Positions 21,801 to 34,774 of a stretch of DNA of 64,000 nt are shown here, one piece after another. The notes under the pieces are model-generated. The model searched no databases. It was not told the DNA's origin and saw nothing but the letters and a program-made list of their open reading frames with translations. Source of the stretch: Candidatus Eiseniibacteriota bacterium (GTDB taxonomy: Bacteria; Eisenbacteria; RBG-16-71-46); NCBI GenBank assembly GCA_963725865.1, contig CAVSAC010000014.1, positions 1,248,001 through 1,312,000 on the forward strand, read 5' to 3'. Position numbers and translations under genes: made by a program. How positions within the stretch are numbered: position 1 is the first letter of the stretch; each line of letters begins with the position of its first letter.

Positions 21801-22066
21801 GCGGCGGCGTGCAGCGAGTTGCCGAGCAGGTAGGAGAGCTGCTTGGTCCACACCACCTCGTAGAGCAGCCCCGCGACGCCCGAGGTGAAGAAGCAGATCA
21901 CGCCCCAGGGCGGCAGCGTCGGCACGTGCGCGGCGGGTGGAGCGGAAGCGTGCGCGGCTCGCGGCCGTTGCGGCGCCGGGCCTGCGGAGTCGCGCGGCGA
22001 ACGCGCGTGGACCCGCGCCGGCGCCGAGGCGTTCGCGGGCGGAGTCGAGGAGCGCGGCTTGGGCAT
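18835..22066 (-). CDS. Fused MFS / spermidine synthase-like protein with C-terminal TPR; frameshifted at about 20759, 19450 and 18885; 3' end uncertain
   Basis: SGVAGLLYEVVW, LMGATLP and YALNTFGAVLGS membrane motifs; IGLGSGIT, VVELEPGV, DAR and EPSNPW SAM/dcSAM-binding motifs split over three ORFs. Confidence 0.8.
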
Positions 22067-22074
22067 CGTGCGGC

Positions 22075-23493
22075 TCAGTGCCCCGGCTCGCCGCGCGGCG
22101 CGGGATACGCGCGCGCCAGCACGTCGACCAGGTGCTCCATGCGCACGCGCGAGCCGCGCTCGCGGGCGCCGCGCTGCATGTGGAGCAGGCAGCCGGGATT
22201 CGACGCCACCACCACCTCGGGGCTCACGCGCTCGATCGACTCCAGCTTGAGCCGCAGCTGCTCGTCGGCCATCGCCGGGTGCGTGAGGTTGTAGACGCCC
22301 GCGCTGCCGCAGCACCAGTCGGAGTTCGGCAGGTCCACCAGCGTCACGCCGGGCAGCGTGCGCAGCAGCGTGCGCGGCGCCGCGCGCACGCCCTGCGCGT
22401 GCGCGAGGTGGCAGGGGTCGTGGTAGCCGACCTTCAGCGGTTGCGCCGGATCGTGCGCCGACGACAGCGGCGTGCGCGGCTCCGGCAGCCCGAGCTGCAC
22501 CAGCGCCTCGCTCACGTCGCGCACCCGCGACGCCACCGCCTCGGCGTCGGCCGCCACCGCGTCCTCGTGCAGCAGGTGGCCCATGTCGCGCAGCGCCGCG
22601 CCGCAGCCGGCGGCGTGCGTGACCACCAGATCATAGCCGCCCGGCGCCAGCGCGCGCGTGTTGCGCCGCGCCAGCTCCTTGGCCTCGTGGCGCAGCCCGG
22701 CGTGCGCGTGGAGCGCACCGCAGCAGCTCTGCGCGCGCGGCCACCACACCTCGGCGCCCGCCAGCACCAGCAGGCGCACGGCCGCGTGATTGGAGTACGC
22801 GAACATGATGTCCATCATGCAGGTCGAGAAGAACGCCACCCGCGCCTTGGCGCGGCAGGCGGGATGGAACACCAGCGCGTCCGCACGCTGCTCCATGCGT
22901 GCGCCCACCGGCAGCGCCGCCGCCACGCGCTCGAGCGCGCGCTCGGCACGCGGGACGATCGGCGGCGTGATCGCGATGCCACGGCGCGCGAAGTCCGGCA
23001 GCAGCCCGCGCGCGCCGGCGAAGCGCGTGAGCGCGCCGAGCGGGCCGGTCTGCGTCAGACGTAGGGCGTCGGCGACCAGGTGCATGCGCTCGCGCTCGGG
23101 GAACAGCGTGCGCAGCGCCCACGCTCCGAGCGCACGGCCGGCGCTGAAGGGGCGCACGCGGCGCTCGAGCTGGCCGCGCGTGGCCTCGAGCACGTGCGAG
23201 TACGGCACGCCCGCGGGGCACACGGTCTCGCACGCGCGGCAGTCCAGGCAGTTGTCGAGGTGCTCCACCAGCGGATCGCTCGGCGCGATGCGGCCCTCGG
23301 CCAGCCCGCGCATCAGATAGAGCCGCCCGCGCGGCGAGTCGGGCTCGATCTTGAGCGTGCGGTAGGTCGGACAGGCGGTCAGGCACAGCCCGCAGTGGAT
23401 GCACGCGTCCATGTCGATGCGCGCCGGCGCGTCGTCGCCGTCGAACCAGGTCGCCGGATGCGGCGCGCGCTCGGGCAGGAGTGGAGTGGTCAC
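22075..23493 (-). CDS. glcF: Glycolate/lactate oxidase Fe-S subunit (GlcF-like)
   Basis: CIHCGLCLTACPTY, SPRGR, CLDCRACETVCP, two CCG domains, YHDPCHLAH, SNPGC. Confidence 0.9.
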   Translation of the reverse strand: MTTPLLPERAPHPATWFDGDDAPARIDMDACIHCGLCLTACPTYRTLKIEPDSPRGRLYLMRGLAEGRIAPSDPLVEHLDNCLDCRACETVCPAGVPYSHVLEATRGQLERRVRPFSAGRALGAWALRTLFPERERMHLVADALRLTQTGPLGALTRFAGARGLLPDFARRGIAITPPIVPRAERALERVAAALPVGARMEQRADALVFHPACRAKARVAFFSTCMMDIMFAYSNHAAVRLLVLAGAEVWWPRAQSCCGALHAHAGLRHEAKELARRNTRALAPGGYDLVVTHAAGCGAALRDMGHLLHEDAVAADAEAVASRVRDVSEALVQLGLPEPRTPLSSAHDPAQPLKVGYHDPCHLAHAQGVRAAPRTLLRTLPGVTLVDLPNSDWCCGSAGVYNLTHPAMADEQLRLKLESIERVSPEVVVASNPGCLLHMQRGARERGSRVRMEHLVDVLARAYPAPRGEPGH

Positions 23494-23570
23494 GCGGCGC
23501 AGGATAGCAGAGCCACGGCGGGCGGCCCGTGCGGGCGCCGCCCATGGGCCTCTGAGTACGAGCGGAGCTG

Positions 23571-25888
23571 CTACTTCAGCAGGATCACGTGCTTCACGCT
23601 CTCGAAGCCGCGGCTGGCGAAGCGCACGCGCGCGAAGTAGACGCCGGTGGCGAGCGCGCGCCCGTCGTCGTCGCGGCCGTCCCAGACGAGACGGTGCGTG
23701 CCGGCCTCGAAGCGCCGGTCGGCGAGCGTGCGCACGACACGGCCGCTCACGTCGTAGAGCTTGACCTGGACGCGGTCGGCGGCGACCAGCCCGATCTCCA
23801 CCAGGGTGACACCGGTGCGCATCGGGTTGTTGACGAGGCGGAGGTAGTCGGCGAGCGGAGTCGCCGGCACATCCGGGCAGTGCAGGCGGGGGGCCAGAGC
23901 GCAACGACGGTGCAGAAAGCGCCGAACATGATGAGGAGATCGTAGACGAAGCCGATCGCCCGATCGGGTTGACGCCGAAGTGCGACATGATCCGTTGGAG
24001 GCCCAGTCCGTAGCTCGCCGCGACCCACGGGACGCTCCGCCGTCACGCGCTTGATGCACCCCGGCGGGGAACGACGTCGCGCCGATCGACTCGTACTCCA
24101 CCATGGTGTGGGCCTCGGCGACGGCGGGATTGAGGATCAGCACGTCGAGGGTCGCGGTGCAGGGACTGAGCGCCCCAGTAGATCGACTGGAGGTAGTTGA
24201 GTCCGGGCTCGGCGCAGGTCCACGACTTCGTCGAAGTTCGCCGCCAGCGATCGGTACGACTGGAAGTAGAAGTCGAACCCCAGGTAGTCGGTGAGGAACA
24301 GCTCCTGCTCGAGGCTGGTGTTCCAGGCGGACTCCGCGAACCCGTCGCCGAGGATCAGCAGACCGCGGGGAGCGCCCAGAGTGGAGGCGAGCAGCCAGTT
24401 CTGGAGCAGCGTGACGTCGTCCGCCGACTGGTCGTCGAACGGGCCGATCACGCCGCGGCTCAGGTCGCCGCTCAGCAGCACGATCACCTTGTAGTAGACG
24501 TCGAGCATCTCGGGCGTGGGAGCGATCCGCGCGTACTTGCCATGGACCAGGTTGAGCGGCGAGGGATCGGTATACCCCAGCCGACTCCGCCAGGCTGCCC
24601 GCGCGTCCCAACTGATCCTCACCGGCCTTCACCTGATAGAGGTCCCACGTGCTGCCCGGTTGTCCGCCGTGCGAGCTGACGTAGTAGGCGGGCGTGTTGA
24701 GGTTGACTCCGCCGGGCACGCCACCCCACCCGTTGTGCGCGCCGCGCCGCGAGGCGCTGGTCGCCCCGATCGTGTCGGCGATCGAGACCCACGCGAGCTC
24801 GTCGCCGCGGCGGTCCGCGAGGTCGACCACCAGCGCGCACGCCATCGCGGATCCCGGAGAGAAGTGGCCGTCCTTCCAGCGATCCGGCAGCACGCCGAAC
24901 TGCTGCCAGCGGTGCGCATCGAACGAGCCCTCGCCGTTCTGGGGCCAGACCACGTTGGTGTCGGGGCACATCCGGCGCATGGTCGCCGGAGTGGAGGCGA
25001 TCGAGCCGCGGTAGAAGTACTCGACATGGGCCCCCGGCGTGAGCAGGCCGTCGGGGAGGATCTTGGTCCCCTCGACCGTCAGCGGATCGCCGTCATAGCC
25101 GGCGCGCACCGGATCGGCGAGCACCCAGGCGGGGACACTCGAACACGTGATGTTGGTGGCGTCCGCGGGACCGAGCGTGTCGATCAGGAAGCACTCGCGG
25201 CGCGGGATGCCGAGGATCGCCAGGTGCGGATCGCTCTCGTGATAGGCGCTCATCCAGCGCGCGGGGTCGATGCCGGCATCCGCGCCCATCGCGTCGACCG
25301 GAAACAGGTTCATCTGCGCGGTGTCGCAGCGGGCACTCATCCACACGTTGGGGTTCCAGCCGCCGGGCCACGCGGCATTCAGCGCGCTGGCGCCCGGAGT
25401 GGCGAACTCGCCGGGCATCGCGAGCCAGGTGCCCCACCACGAGCCGTCGCCGGGGCTCACCGCGGTGGTGGCGGTCGGCAGGCGGCGCAGGCCGCTCGCT
25501 GGCATGCCGACCATGACGTAGTTGCCGGGTCCGGGCTTGATGCGGAACACCAGATCGAGTCGCACGTCCGAGCCCGAGGCGCACGCCACGATGGTGTCGC
25601 CGGGTACGTCGAAGCGCATCCCGTCGCCCGTCATCTGGGCGATGTTGAGCCCGCTGACCACCAGCGCGGAGGTGGTATCGAACGCCGCGGTGCCGGGCAG
25701 GCCGGTGGTCTCGTTGAACGGGAACGCGTCCTGGAACCACTGCGCGATGTCGACCGAGATGCGCGCCAGGTCGGAAGCTGACGGCCGGCGCGGCGCCGAC
25801 GGCGGGCGGCGATCGCGAGCGCGAGGCTCACGAGCGCGCACGACAGGACACGGGCGAAGCGTCGGCGAACGAACGAGCGTGCGGCACT
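23571..25888 (-). CDS. Secreted CTD-bearing protein, short paralog copy 3 (several frameshifts; pseudogene or assembly error)
   Basis: Shares the ISVD..WFQDAFPFNET.GLPGTAAFDTTSAL...HRWQQFGVLPDRWKDG core with the two adjacent copies; own RBS and signal-like N-terminus near 25888; CTD ends KHVILLK. Confidence 0.65.
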
Positions 25889-25951
25889 GGATCCACCTCT
25901 CCGAGGTGATGGGTCCGCGAGGCGTGGCTCACGCCGGGCGGGCGGATCCCT

Positions 25952-28287
25952 CTATCTCAGGACGATCACCTTCTTGGTGGTCTCGAAACCACGGCTGGCA
26001 TAGCGCACGCGCACGAAGTACACGCCGGTGGCGCGCACGCGCCCGTCGTCGTCGCGGCCGTCCCACACGAGCCGGTGCGTGCCGGCCTCGAAGCGCCGGT
26101 CGGCGAGCGTGCGCACCACGCGGCCCGCTCACGTCGTAGCAGCTTGGCCTCGACGCGGTCGGCGGCGATCAGGCCGATCTCCACCAGCGTGACGCCCGCG
26201 CGCAGCGGGTTGTTGACGAGGCGGACGAAGTCGGCGAGCGGTGTCGCCGGCACGTCGCGGGGAAGAGTCCGGAGAGCCACGCACGGTAGCAGAACGCGCC
26301 GAACTCGCGAAGGAGATCGTAGGCGAACGCCGATCGCCCCAGCGTGCTCAACGCCGAAGCGCGAGACGATCCGTTGGAGGCCCAGTCCGTACGTCGCCGC
26401 GACCCACGGACGATCCGCCGTCGACGCGCTTGAGCACCCCGGCGGGGAAGCTGGTCGCCCCTACCGACTGGTATCCGGCCGTCACGCGAGCCTCCCCGAT
26501 GGCGGGATTGAGGATCAGCACGTCGAGGGTAGCGGTGCAAGGACTGAGCGCCCCGATCGTGGGGTTGAACGGTGGTCCGGAGTTCCAGGTCACGTTGAGG
26601 TCCACGACGTCGTTGAAGTTCTGCGCCAGCGATCGGTACGACTGGAAGTAGAAGTCGTAGCCCAGGTAGTCGGTGAGGAACAGCTCCTGCTCGAGGCTGG
26701 TGTTCCAGGCGGACTCCGCGAATCCGTCGCCCAGGATCGCGATGCCGCGGGGAGCGCTAAGAGTGGCGCCGAGCAGCCAGTTCTCGAGCAGCGTGACCTC
26801 ATCCGCGGACTGGTCGGGGAACGGGCCGAGCACGGCCGTGCTCAGGTCGGCGCTGAGCAGGATCAGCACCTTGTAATAGGCGTCGAGCATCTCCGACGTG
26901 GGAGCGATGCGCGCGTACTTGCCATGCACCAGGTTGAGCGGCGAGGGATCGCGATAAGCAAGGCGCCCGCCGAGGCTGCCCGAGCGCCCCCAGGGGTCCT
27001 CGCCGGCCTTCACCTGATAAAGGTCCCAGGTCGAGCCCGGTTGTCCGCCGTGCGAGCCGACGTAGTAGGCGGGTGTGTTGAGGCTGACTCCGCTCGGCAC
27101 GCCGCCCCACCCATTGTGCGCGCCACGCCGGCTCGACATGGTCGCGCCGATGGTGTCGGCAATGCCGATCCACGCCGTTTCGTCGCCCCGCCGGTCGGCG
27201 AGGTCGACCACCAGCGCGCACGCCGGTGCCGACAGCGGAGAGAACAGGCCGTCCTTCCAGCGGTCGGGCAGCACGCCGAACTGCTGCCAGCGATGCGCGT
27301 CGAACGAGCCCTCGCCGTTCTGCGGCCACACCACGTTGGTGTCGGGGCACATCCGGCGCATGGTCGCCGGAGTGGAGGCGAGCGAGCCGCGGTAGAAGTA
27401 CTCGACATGGGCCCCCGGCGTGAGCAAGCCGTCCGGGATGATCTTGGTCCCCTCGACCGTCATCGGATCGCCGTCATAGCCGGCGCGCACCGGATCGGCG
27501 AGCACCCACGCAGGGACGCTCGAGCACGTGATGTTGGTGGCGTCGGCAGGGCCCAGGGTGTCGATCAGGAAGCACTCGTGGCGCGGGATCCCGAGGATCG
27601 CCAGGTGCGGATCGCTCTCGTGGTACGCGCTCATCCACCGCGCGGGATCGATGCCGGCATCGACGCCCGCGCTCGACCGGAAACAGGTTCATCTGCGCGG
27701 TGTCGCAGCGGGCGCTCATCCACACGTTCGGGTTCCAGCCGCCGGGCCACGCGGCGTGCAGTGCTGCCGCGCCTGGCGTGGCGAATTCGCCGGGCAGCGC
27801 GCACCAGGTGCCCCACCACGAGCCATCGCCGGGGCTCACCGCGGTGGTCGCGGTGGGCAGTCGGCGCAGACCGCTGACCCGGATGCCGACGGTGACATAG
27901 TTGCCGGGCCCAGGCTTGATGCGGAACACCAGGTCCATGCGCACGTCGGAGCCCGATTCGCACGCCACGATGGTGTCGCCGGGCACGTCGAAGCGCGTGG
28001 CCGTCTCCGGTCATCTGCGCGATGTTGAGGCCGCTGACCACCAGCGCGGAGGTGGTGTCGAATGCCGCGGTGCCGGGCAGGCCGGAGGTCTCGTTGAACG
28101 GGAACGCGTCCTGGAACCACTGCGAGATGTCGACCGAGATGCTCGCCGGTGGCGGAGGTGCCGGCGAGCGCGGCGCTCGATGGGCCGGGGCGGGCGATCG
28201 GGAGGCGCGCGAGGGTGGGGAGCGCGGACGTCATCGCATCGGGCACGGACGGCGGACAATGATCAGGTGCGGATCATGTGGGCTCAT
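25952..28287 (-). CDS. Secreted CTD-bearing protein, short paralog copy 2 (several frameshifts; pseudogene or assembly error)
   Basis: Same core split over ORFs 27474-27986, 26348-27634 and 25966-26280; GGAGG RBS before ATG 28287; ends KKVIVLR. Confidence 0.65.
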
Positions 28288-28349
28288 GCTTTCCTCCGAA
28301 GGGCGACCGGTCCCCGTGCGCGGGGCTCACGCCGGGCGGGCGGATCCCT

Positions 28350-31300
28350 CTATCTCAGGACGATCACCTTCTTCGTGCTCTCGAAGCCACGGCTGGCAAG
28401 CGCAAGCGCGCGAAGTAGACACCACCGCGAGCGCACGCCCGTCGTCGTCGCGGCCGTCCCAGGCGAGCCGGTGCGTGCCGGCCGCGAAGTTGCGGTCGGC
28501 GAGCGTGCGCACCACCGACCCGCCACGTCGAGCACCCGCACCTCGACGCGGTCGGCGGCCACCAGGCCGATCTCGACGGTCGCTGACGCCCGCGCGCAGC
28601 GGGTTATTGGCAAGGCGCGCGAAGTCGGCGGTGGGCGTGGCCGGCCCGACCGGGACCGCGGAGGTCCAGCACGAGGGCCCATGCACGCTGCAGAACGCGC
28701 CAAACACGTTCACGAGGTTGTACATGAATGCCGTCCGTCCCAGCGTGCTCATGCCGTAGCGCGAGGTGGGCCGCTGCACGCCGAACCCGAACGTCACTGC
28801 CACCCACGGGCGGGCGGCGGTTGACTTCTTGAGCACGCCGGCGATGTACGGCGTGCCGGGTGATCCGTACCACGCCATCGCGCTCGCCTCGGCCAGCGCG
28901 GGATTGAGGACCAGCACATCCAGGGACGCCGAGGGAGGATCGAGGACTCCATAGATGTCGCCCGTCGGCACGATGTCCGTGCTCACGCGCAGGTCGGGGG
29001 CGGCCGTGATGTCGCCCGTGAGCTTGCGATACGACTCGTGGTGAAAATCGAGCCCCAGGTAGTCGGTGAGGAAGATCTCCTGCTCGAGGCTGGTGTTCCA
29101 CGCGGACTCGGCGAACCCGTCGCCGAAGATCGCGATGCCGCGGGGAGCACCAAGAGTGGCGGCGAGCAGCCAGTTCTGCAGCAGCGTGACCTCGTCCGCG
29201 GACTGGTCGTCGAGCGGGCCGATCACACCTTGGCTCAGGTCGCCGCTCAGCAGCACGATCACCTTGTAGTAGACGTCGAGCATCTCGGGCGTGGGGGCGA
29301 TCCGTGCGTACTTGCCATGGACCCGATTGAGCGGCGAGGGATCGGTATAGCCCAGCCGACTCCCCAGGCTGCCCGAGCGGCGCAGCGGATCCTCGCCGGC
29401 CTTCACCTGGTAGAAGTCCCAGGTCGAGCCCGGCTGTCCACCGTGCGCGGAGACGAAGCAGCTCGGGTCGTTCGGATCCACACCGCGGGGCGCCGCCCAG
29501 CCATTGTGAGCACCGCGACGGGAAGGGTAGGTCTCGCAGATCGAGTCGGCGATCGAGACCCATGCCAGCTCGTCCCCGCGCCGGTCCGCGAGGTCGACGA
29601 CGAGCTTGCATGCCCTCGACGATCCCGGGGTGAAGTTCCCGTCCTTCCACCGATCGGGCAGTACACCGAACTGCTGCCAGCGGTGCGCATCGAGCGAGGC
29701 CTCGCCCGGCTGCGGCCAGACGAGGTTGGTGTCCGGACACATCGCCGTCATCACCGCGGGGCTCGTCGCGTCACTACGCCGCCAGAAGTACTCGACGTGC
29801 GAGCCCGGCGTGAGCAGGCCGTCGGGAATCACCTTGGTCCCCTCGACCGTCATCGGATCGCTGTCGTAGCCGGCGCGCGCCGGATCGGCGAGCACCCACG
29901 CAGGGACGCTGGCGCACGTGATGTTGGTGGCATCCGCCGGCCCCAGCGTGTCGATCAGGAAGCACTCGTGGCGCGGGATGCCGAGGATCGCCAGGTGCGG
30001 ATCGCTCTCGTGGTACGCGCTCATCCACCGCGCCGGGTCGATCCGGGCATTGACGCCCGCCGCCTCGACCGGGAACAGGTTGATCTGCGCGGTGTCGCAG
30101 CGGGCGCTCATCCACACGTTCGGGTTCCAGCCACCCGGCCATGCGGCGTGCAGCGCGCTGCCGCCCGGAGTGGCGAACTCGCCGGGCAGCGCGCGCCAGG
30201 TGCCCCACCACGAGCCGTCGCCGGGGCTCACCGCGGCGGTTGCGGTGGGCACGCGGCGCAGGCCGCTCGACGCCGTGCCGACGGTGACGTAGTTGCCGGG
30301 GCCAGGCTTGATGCGGAACACCAGGTCCATGCGCACGTCGGATCCCGCGGCGTTCGCCACGATGGTGTCGCCGGGCACGTCGTAGCGGTACTGGTTCCGG
30401 GTGGCCTGCGCGATGTTGAGCCCGCTGACCACCAGCGCGGAGGTGGTGTCGAACGCCGCGGTGCCGGGCAGGCCGGCGGTCTCGTTGAAGGGGAACGCGT
30501 CCTGGAACCAGTCCCAGATGCTCACCGAGATCGGCGACGTGGGCCCGTCGACGATGCCGAACGCGATGTTGTCGAAGTAGGCACCATCGGTGGACTGGGT
30601 GACCGAGACTCCGAATCGATAGGTCTGCTGCACGCGCCGGATGCTGACGCGCACCGAGTCGGGGACGCCGCTGGCGTTCGAGGTGCTCATGCCGAGCTTC
30701 AGGGACTCGGTGTGGCGCGTGCAGATCGTCGCGCTGTCCCACAGCAGCCATGGCGGATAGGGATGATCTGATCCGACCACGTCGGGGTGCCGTCGGCCTG
30801 CAGGACCGGATACGTCTGGATCGCCAAGATCCACGCGTCTCCCTGGTTGAAGACGTCGAGCACGCCCGCGTACACGTCGTAGGACAGGACGTAGTCGGCG
30901 GTGCCGGTCGCTTCCTCCTGCGTGAGGTCCCAGCCGTTGTCCACGCCCGGCGACGACTCGAGGCAGATGGTCGGCGTCGAGATCACGAAGTTCCCGTTCG
31001 CGTCCGCAGTGAGCGGAGCGGTGCCGGCGGCCTCGCCGTTGTCGTGGTCACCCATCGATACCACCGCGCCGCCCATGTCGCAGGCGCACGAGCTCGATCC
31101 CGGCGATCCACACCACACGTCCTGCCAGGTGAGCGAGGCGAGCGCGTGCACGTGCGAGAACGGCGTCGGCGGCTTGCCGGTCGAGCGCCACGCGGCACTC
31201 GCCGGCTGCAGGTTGTCGATGTCCTTCGAGGGATCTCCGCCCTCGAAGTCGCCGAGCGTCGACGGGCCGCTGCCCGCGTCCACCACCACGTCGTCCACCT

Positions 31301-32600
31301 GCGCCGCGCCGCGGCCATTCGAGGTGTAGGTGGCAAGACCGCTCTCGTCACTCGTGCCGACGTTGGTGTGCACGCGGAACACCACGCGCAGCGACGAACT
31401 CCCGCTCGCGGCGATGAACGCGTCCTTCTCGGCCTTGCTGACCACCACCGTCACCTGGCCGCTGTCGGCGCCCGCGCGGCCGAACTTCCAGGCCCGCGCA
31501 TCGCGCCGCAGCACCTCGTTGAACCAGCGCCGCAGCGGGTCGTAGATCGGGCGCACGAGGTTGTCGCTGGCCTTCCAGGTGCCCTCGACCGGCGCGCCCA
31601 CGTAGACCTGGAACGAGTCCACCGGGGCCTGCGAGTTGGTTGGGGTGCCCGCCTCGGCGGAGATGAAGTTGCCGGGCGTGACCGTGTTCACCGTGAGCGG
31701 ATCGCCCTCGAACCAGCCGGTGCGGGTCGCCGCCGTCGTGCCGTGCCCCGTCGACATCTGGGTGCGATAGCGGAACGTGATCCGCACGCCGGAGTCCGCG
31801 GGCGCCGCGCTCAGGTCGATGTCGCGATAGAGCATCTGGTCCATCTGCTGCCCGTAGCCCGGCAGCAGCTTGTTGGTCGTGGAGCCGTTGAGCGCCGAGC
31901 CGTTGAACTGGAGCAGGTCGGCGTTGAACGGATTGCCGGTGACCGGGTCGATCGCGGTCAGGTCGCCGTGGCGGCGCATGCCCATCCACGCCGAGCGGCT
32001 GCCCGCGAGCGGCGCCCAGTTCACGCCCTTACCCGGGGTCCCATTGCCCGGATCGCCATGCCACACACCGACCACGCCGAACGTGCGGTTGCCGGGCCAC
32101 GCGGTGCCGAGCTTCGACGCGTCGAAGCGACCCTGCGGGATCACGTAGTTGGCCTGGTTGCCGTTCTCGATCGCCCACCAAGGACGGTTCTCGTCCGTGC
32201 GGATCGCGCCGCTGGAGTTGGTGTGGGCAAAGCGCGTCGGCCACCAGCCCTGGAGCGAATCGCCGTGCACGGGCGAGTCGAACGTCCACAGGCCGTCGTC
32301 GTTGCCGGTGCCGGCGCGCGCGGGGCCGACGCCGACCTCCCAGTAGTTGCCGGTCTGGCCGGCGCGATGGCCGACCCAGAGGGTGTCGACGTCCCCGTCG
32401 TACATGACGCCCGCACGCGGAGGCATGCGCAGCGCGGGTATCGCGCGGCGCGGAGCGCCCTCGACGGTGATGTCGCCGGTGGCGGGGCTCGCGAGGAACG
32501 CGCGCGTGGTGGAGTCGTCATCGCCCTGCGCGAGTGCCGGTGCCGAGAGCACCAGAGCCAGCACGAAGGCGGCGGTCGGGATCAGCGGCCTGATCCACAT
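28350..32600 (-). CDS. Large secreted protein (about 1400 aa) with FlgD-Ig/T9SS-like CTD, full-length paralog copy 1 (frameshift near 30765 and further ones in the CTD)
   Basis: Signal peptide MWIRPLIPTAAFVLALVLSAPALAQ; ORFs 30699-32600, 28327-30834 and 28350-28703 join into one gene; ends KKVIVLR. Confidence 0.75.
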
Positions 32601-32673
32601 TGCATGTCCCTTCCGGGGGATCCTCGGGCCGGGCCAGCCTCCCGAGGATGCCGGCCCCGCCCACTCCTGTGAG

Positions 32674-32796
32674 CTACCTCAGCACGATGACCTTGGGCTT
32701 CGCTTCGACCCGGTCGGCGGCGACGAGCAGGTGTGCCGCGCACATCAGCGCGAGCAGGGGACGAGGTCCGATCCGCAGGGGCGAAGCGACGATCAT
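32674..32796 (-). pseudogene. 40-aa mini-remnant of a fourth CTD paralog
   Basis: MIVASPLRIGPRPLLALMCAAHLLVAADRVEAKPKVIVLR*: signal-like start fused to the CTD pieces LVAADRVEAK and KVIVLR; GGAGG RBS upstream. Confidence 0.6.
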
Positions 32797-32988
32797 GGCG
32801 ACAGCCTCCATCGTTCGGGGGATGGAGAATTCTTCGCGCATGGCAGCAACATGCGCGCTGTCCTGGGTCCGGTCGGGCGAGGGGATTGGAGGGAGCCGCG
32901 TCCGGCCGAGCGCGGCCCGATGAGCCGCCTCGTTGGGAGATGATACGACCGAAGCGGGGGCGATGACACGCCGAAATCCGCCGCCGGT

Positions 32989-33356
32989 CTACTCCGAATC
33001 TTCGGTGAGGTGGAAGCGGTGGATCGCCCGGTGCACGACCGGCGCCAGCAAGACGGCGACGCTCACCAGGAAGATCACGCCCGAGAACAGCGCGTAGCCC
33101 GAGGCGAACCACTTCTCGGAGTCCGGCACCACCGGCCGGGGATCGACCGGGCCCATGCCACCCAGGATCATGGACGCGTTGTAGAGCGAATCCAGCCATG
33201 ACAGCCCGCCGGTGACGTGGTAGCCGACCACGCCGAGCCCCAGCGAGACCCCCAGCGTCGCGCACGCGAACAGGCCGTTGCGCAGCAGCCGCGCGTGATA
33301 GCGCTCCTTGGGCAGCAGCGGCTGATGGCGGTGCTCGAATCGCATCAACTTGTGGA

Positions 33357-33360
<4 letters not shown>
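32989..33360 (-). CDS. Small two-TM protein resembling an ion-channel pore domain
   Basis: TM-[WLDSLYNASMILGGMGP]-TM layout; start overlaps the dehydrogenase stop. Confidence 0.65.
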
Positions 33361-34385
<1,025 letters not shown>

Positions 34386-34774
34386 CGATCCCTCATCCCC
34401 GCTCGCGCCGGATGCGGCGCTGATAGAAGTAGGAAGGCGTCATCCGAGCCGAGCCGATGGCGACGATTGCTGGCGGGTCCCATGTGGCATAGGCCTCTCG
34501 ACGGAGGTCGTCTCGGCCAGGGTGCGCCTGCAATCGCAGAGGACGCGCACTCTAGTCGCGGGTCAGGCGGGCGGGCAACCAGCGTGCAGGCAGGTCCGTG
34601 AACGGAGCCGTCACAGGATGTCGGAATATCGCCCAGATACCGCTTGACGCCCCTCCCCCCGGAAGGTGTTGACTCCGGATGTGCGAGGCCTCCGCCCGCG
34701 TCCCCACCACGAGACCGTGCCCCACACCACTGGGTTCCCCAAGTCGGTCTCGAACGACGTCTCGAAGGGAGGCC

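Noticed and set aside
23571..32600. Diversity-generating retroelement behind the paralog variation
   Set aside because: No reverse transcriptase in the window; differences are spread in blocks over kilobases and I saw no adenine-specific TR/VR pair.
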